A DNA stretch of 53,728 nt, the filler included, from Jimgerdemannia flammicorona (lineage: Eukaryota): assembly GCA_003990765.1 (NCBI GenBank). It is 2 parts of 2 records of this genome, joined end to end, with 100 filler letters (N's around TTAATTAATTAA, not from the genome) between each part and the next. Parts side by side here need not be neighbours in the genome. Positions count along the whole stretch, not along the records: positions 26,920 to 53,728 come from RBNJ01000693.1; 1 more part is not named here. One strand, 5' to 3'. The notes beneath the pieces were generated by a model that worked only from the letters and a program-made list of their open reading frames with translations, did no database searches and was not told where the DNA came from. How positions within the stretch are numbered: the first letter of the stretch is position 1; every line of letters begins with the position of its first letter. Made by a program: the position numbers and the translations under genes. This document shows positions 49,241 to 53,728 of this stretch, piece by piece.

Positions 49241-52037
49241 ATATGGAGGATTTGGATTGAAGGATTCAGTTGAAGGATTCAAATGAGGATTTGGATTAAA
49301 GGATTTGAATTGGAGGATTCAGATTGAGTGATTCAGATTAATCTAAGTTGATTCAGATAGCTTTGGATTTGAGATTCAGATCAAACCATCATATAATGAA
49401 TCAAATCTGGATTTAATTCAAATTGACTCATTCAGAGCACTAGTTGGCCCATACCTCATTCTGCACACCATGCTCTCTCTACTATCAGAGAGAACCCAGC
49501 CATATGTCAATAACCAAAAGTACATACCCAAGACCCCAACATATATACAAGGCTATGCCCAAGCTGAATAGAATAGCTTCTATCACTCTAAAGAGAATAA
49601 CAGATAAAGAAAAAACCCTCATCAAAGTACATTACAGTAGGTAGGGCCTGGTTCTCCCAGATGAGGTAAGTAGAGGACTTATATGTATATAAGGTGAGAG
49701 AAGACCCCCAATATCCCACTACTCAAGTCTGTGGGCCTTGATCACATTGCCATATCAGCTCTCAGTTTTAGTTAAGTATAGTCAAGATACCTGAAATAGA
49801 TAGCCTTGGGCCCCCTGACCCCCCCCAATAACTGGGGCCCAACCCACTGAATCACCAAAGAAAGCCAAGAGTGATACCTACTATCTAACTACTCTGCACC
49901 AATCAAAAGACCCCACCAAAGCAGCATCTGCCCCAGCCCTAATGACTGCCCCCAGTCTGGCACCCTACTGGTTTACTGTAATCACCCTTCTACCTATTTG
50001 TGATGGCCATCTCCCCTCCTATCCCAACAATACCTAAAAAACAGTCACCTATATCAGAATTATGCTTTCTGAGAAGCTCACCAAAGTCAGAGAGCCCCAC
50101 CATAGACACTGAGGATCTGCAGGTAATCTATACTGGGTACTTGATACCCAAGGTCAGCTGACTCTCTATATAACCTATGATGCACCAAAACAATACCTTG
50201 TTGATAATGGCAAAAGAAAGAAGACACTACACCAAAATAGGTATACCCCAGATGCAGCTGAAGACAACAGAATCTGTGAAAAAGTAGAGAAGACACCAAT
50301 CTGACACTGATAAAGAGATAACTCAACACTATTACCCTCCTTCCACTATGTCCTTATAGGTACAGCAAATCAATCTGAGATAGAGAGGGTAATAATAGGG
50401 GAAAGGGAACTTGGAAGATTGCTTATCAAACCTTGTGACCAGTAAGGTAGCAGAGAAAGAAGCTATGCCAGTCAGCACTCCTATAGATACTTCTGTAAAG
50501 TTAAAGAAGCCAAACACTATATCTGAGAATAATGACAACAATATACTCACCAAAAACATTCTCTATTAGCAAGTAGTTGGCTCTCTTATATATTTCATAC
50601 TAGGAATGAGATCTGATATATTATATACTATTAATAAAGTAGTGTAGTATTCTTCTTTCTACAATAATTTACATTAGAGTACTGTTAAGAGGATTTTCTG
50701 ATATTTAAAAAAATCAGCACACTATATGCTTACATTAGATAGTGGTGATATTGGATTAAGGAGTAATGGTAAGAGCAATAACATCTAGCTATCTGGTGTA
50801 TATAATGCTGATTGGGCTGAAGACTTGGATGACCACTGGTCTACTATCAGATATTTCTTCCACATTAGTGAAAATGACAAAGAGTCTGTCATTTATAGTA
50901 AATATATAAGTAGAGTTTTGTGGTGACATCATCAATATAAGCAGAGTACCAGGCATTGTTATTGATAATAAAGAAAGCTACATATTTAGCTCTGTGAACT
51001 ATTAAAGAACTCAGATTCACTCAGAAGAGCACTATACTATACCAGAATAATTAGCTTATAATTATACTTACCAAGAATCTGATATACTATAATAGAATGA
51101 AACATATTAACATATAGTATCATTTTATAGATGAATGTATAGAAAATAGTACTATATACTTAGAATACATCTCTATAAAGTGTATGATTGCAGACTCATT
51201 GACCATAGCCCTTTCAAAGCTGAAGTTTGAGCAATACACTAAAGGAATAGATCTTATAAGCTATACACTAATATTTGGTTGATCACAGGATACTTTTCAG
51301 ATTATTAAAAGTCTTGTACTATATATATATTGATTACATCTCTCATCTACAAGAGGATTACATATATTATATTCTTCACATTCTTCATCTATAAATATTT
51401 TGGATATTTTAGATATTATAGAATTTTTTTAACCTGTGAAAATTTCTTAGATATAGAATTTTATTCTAATTCTTTAGGTTATATGTAGTTCTAGTTTTTA
51501 TATATAGTTTGTATTGCTTTTTTATTCTAGTTTGTATTTCTTTTTTGGGTATATATTGTATTCTTTTTTTTGGGTTATATATCTCATTGAGTGAGAGTAT
51601 TGGGATAGCAACTTAAATGTCAGTATATGATCTTATACTATTTTATCAGATTTACATTATTCATTAATAAAGTATAAAATATATAACCTATATAACTTCA
51701 ATAAAATACCCCTCTCTTTACAATATATAGGTACATGACTTTATACTACACTCCATCCTATTAGTTTATATTATTCATTAGTAATATATAAAATATATAA
51801 TATGTATATTTTGAATAAATCACTTCTTTTGTTTGTTACAATATAAGTCTTTTTCACTATAATAGAGAAAGCTATTTTGGATATATTAATTACTAAAAAA
51901 AACTAGGCTTTAATCAGAAATAAAACTCTATACTTATCTATCAGAATAACTAATCTATAATTACTATAGTAAAGAACTCTATATATTAATTTTAAATAAA
52001 GCATATCAATGTAGAGTATCATTATATAAGAGAGTAT

Positions 52038-53728
52038 TGTCATATAGTGGTCACTGAGTTCTTCAAATATGCCAGATTCTCTTCAAGGTGTATCTCTTAG
52101 ACTAACTCAAGTTTGTTATAAGCAAGTTCTTATTGGAGTGTCTTCCCAAGATCTTATAGTCCTCAAACTTCTTATCTTTAACTATCTTGTTATCTCTTAG
52201 ATTGCTTGCAAGGAAGTATATATAAGTAAAACCAGAACTGACTTTATTTCAGAGGAAATAAGAGGGGTATTTATATAAAATATAATTCAATAGTTACTAA
52301 GATATAAAGCTAAATATAAATTCCAATAGCTAAAACTACTAAGTTCCAGGGTTAGTACTGATAGTTGTATAGGTTCAGGATGCTGGTATAATTTGGTATT
52401 ACATCAAAATACCAGTACTGGCATTATTCAGTATTACCTCAAATGCCAGTACTGGCATTATCTAGTGTAACAAGAGACTTAAAGCAGAATGTTCAAGACC
52501 ATAGGGGCTTCATCCATATCATCAGAGGTCAGGATGTCCTCAAAGGAGATGAGGTCTGTGAACATTTCATCAAGGTTATATAGGTCATATATTTCAGGTA
52601 CTTCAGGTATCTTATATAAGTCACACATCTCACATATGTCGAAGTTATGCAGGATGATATCATCACTGATAATATCATCATGTTTGGCAGTGGCAGGAAC
52701 AAGGAGATCTGGAGCTCTCCAGTCTATGAGATTCCCTTCCACAAAATAGGAGACAAATGTGGGGTCTTGGGGAGATCTAACCCAGATGCTTGGGCCTGGA
52801 ATACTGAAATCAACCCTTGCAGAAATTGGTCTGGGTTGTCTTGGAAGATAGGATACCAGAAGTCTTCTACTTCATCACTATTGAGAGTAATAGTGGACTG
52901 GGCTTCTGTAACCACCCTGGCTTCTAGTGCATTGATATGGTGAAATAATAGGTCTCTGAAATCTGAGACTCTAATATACTCTAAGTTGGGGATTGACCAT
53001 GGTGCATGCCTGAAGATCTGATGGATCTTTTTAGCTATCCTCATTTCACATATGTCCATAGAAGTGGTATCTTGTAGCTCTTGAGTGCTGGCCTGTAGGA
53101 ACTCCCAATAGAGGAGGTTTTCTATTTCATACTTCTGTCACATTTAGAGGTATTTGGTAGCAATGGTGATCCTTGTTTCCATTTTATGGCAGTAGAGGAT
53201 ATAATGATAAGGGTCACCAGTACTCAGGTTGACACTAGGAGTCCTTCTTGAGTGGGTCCTTATAGCTCTTCTGATGTCTTGGAACATCCTTTCTTTGACC
53301 AAGGTACCTTGGTAGTTCCTTGACCTTGAGATTTGGTGGGCAGCAGGCATTTCATTTGTGGTAAGTCTTTGGGCTATTTTGGAATTGGTGGGTCTTATTG
53401 GTTGCTGCTACTATAGTTCCTTAATTCTTCTTTTATATCCTCCAGGTACCATACCATAGTCACAATAACTCACATTTGATCATCATTACTCATCTCATAT
53501 ATCATACAATCTTCTTGTGCTCTGATCTGATAGCTTGTAAGGAAAGACTGTCTCCTGTACTGATGTCATCATTCTGAAGTCACTGTTACATCTTCCTCCT
53601 GAATAAGGATCTTCTTGAGCATCCTTATTCATTAGTCCAGTCCTGAAAAATTTGCTGATCCCATAACCTCTGGCAAGGGGTCAAAAAGTGGTATTTATGA
53701 GCTGGTGTCTTCCCTTTTTTTTTTTTTT
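52038..53728 (-). mobile_element. 3' end of Gypsy-like element E4 (3' LTR ~52038-52472 plus accessory ORF), cut by the contig end
   Basis: Minus-strand TGTTAC...TGACA with TATAAATACCCC and AATAAA; ORF homologous to the E3 3' ORF; interrupts Copia C RNase H. Confidence 0.75.
52479..53350 (-). pseudogene. E4 3' accessory ORF of unknown function, acidic tail
   Basis: ORFs 53350-53144 and 53059-52724 are in the same frame; RIAKKIHQIFRHAPWSIPNLEYIRVSDFRDL; acidic tail in 52742-52479. Confidence 0.78.

Larger units (their letters stand above)
43162..49442 (-). mobile_element. hAT-superfamily DNA transposon, complete, with a cargo gene
   Basis: Perfect 14-bp TIR TAGTGCTCTGAATG; perfect 8-bp TSD GTTGGCCC (43154-43161, 49443-49450); subterminal GATTC/GGATT repeats. 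Confidence 0.97.
42978..50466 (-). mobile_element. 5'-truncated non-LTR (poly-A) retroelement, ~1.2 kb, interrupted by the hAT; family unassigned
   Basis: T-run 42978-43001; 15-16-bp TSD GCCAGTCAGCACTCC(T) at 42963 and 50467 inside Copia D RT (KPVSTP). Confidence 0.82.
39449..51725 (+). mobile_element. Ty1/Copia element D, full length (~4.8 kb without its nested insertions)
   Basis: LTRs 39449-39577 and 51598-51725; 5-bp TSD TATAG on both sides; IN LIYTDIYGP and QNGMAE; RH YNADWAED and IADSLT. Confidence 0.93.
39423..51843 (+). repeat. Copia solo LTR split in two (39423-39448 and 51731-51843) by Copia D
   Basis: TGATGAAATAGCAAC start; TTACAATA end; TSD CAAGC/TAAGT (C-to-T mutated). Confidence 0.7.
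35602..52037 (+). mobile_element. Ty1/Copia element C (5' LTR ~35602-35760; internal 35761-39422 and 51849-52037); host of a nested stack
   Basis: TGTTGA start; degenerate GGTTATGAGC PBS; SSTQTKYQA (SSTEAEY) continues after the insertion to KHINVEYHYIRE. Confidence 0.8.

Overview
No host genes are detectable. The window is a eukaryotic transposon graveyard, most likely fungal (inferred from intron signals and TE content), riddled with C-to-T/G-to-A transitions (CpG loss, TpA excess), so every coding region is a pseudogene. It is two pieces (1-26819 and 26920-53728) joined by an artificial N44-TTAATTAATTAA-N44 linker. Contents: three distinct dUTPase-bearing Ty3/Gypsy families plus the 3' end of a fourth and an LTR of a fifth; four Ty1/Copia copies; a complete Ngaro-type tyrosine-recombinase retrotransposon; a 5'-truncated poly(A) retroelement; a TA-flanked MITE; and a complete 6.3-kb hAT DNA transposon. 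Many junctions resolve to the base through target-site duplications. Two signals stand out. (1) The hAT element carries a second, intron-containing, convergent gene that reconstructs to a TET/JBP-like 2OG-Fe(II) dioxygenase, a candidate DNA-demethylating cargo. (2) All four Gypsy families share an unrecognised non-env ORF downstream of integrase, and three share a Cys/His-rich domain between protease and dUTPase. All protein calls come from hand translation through stops and frameshifts and need profile searches. Residues in parentheses are reconstructed from stop or mutated codons.
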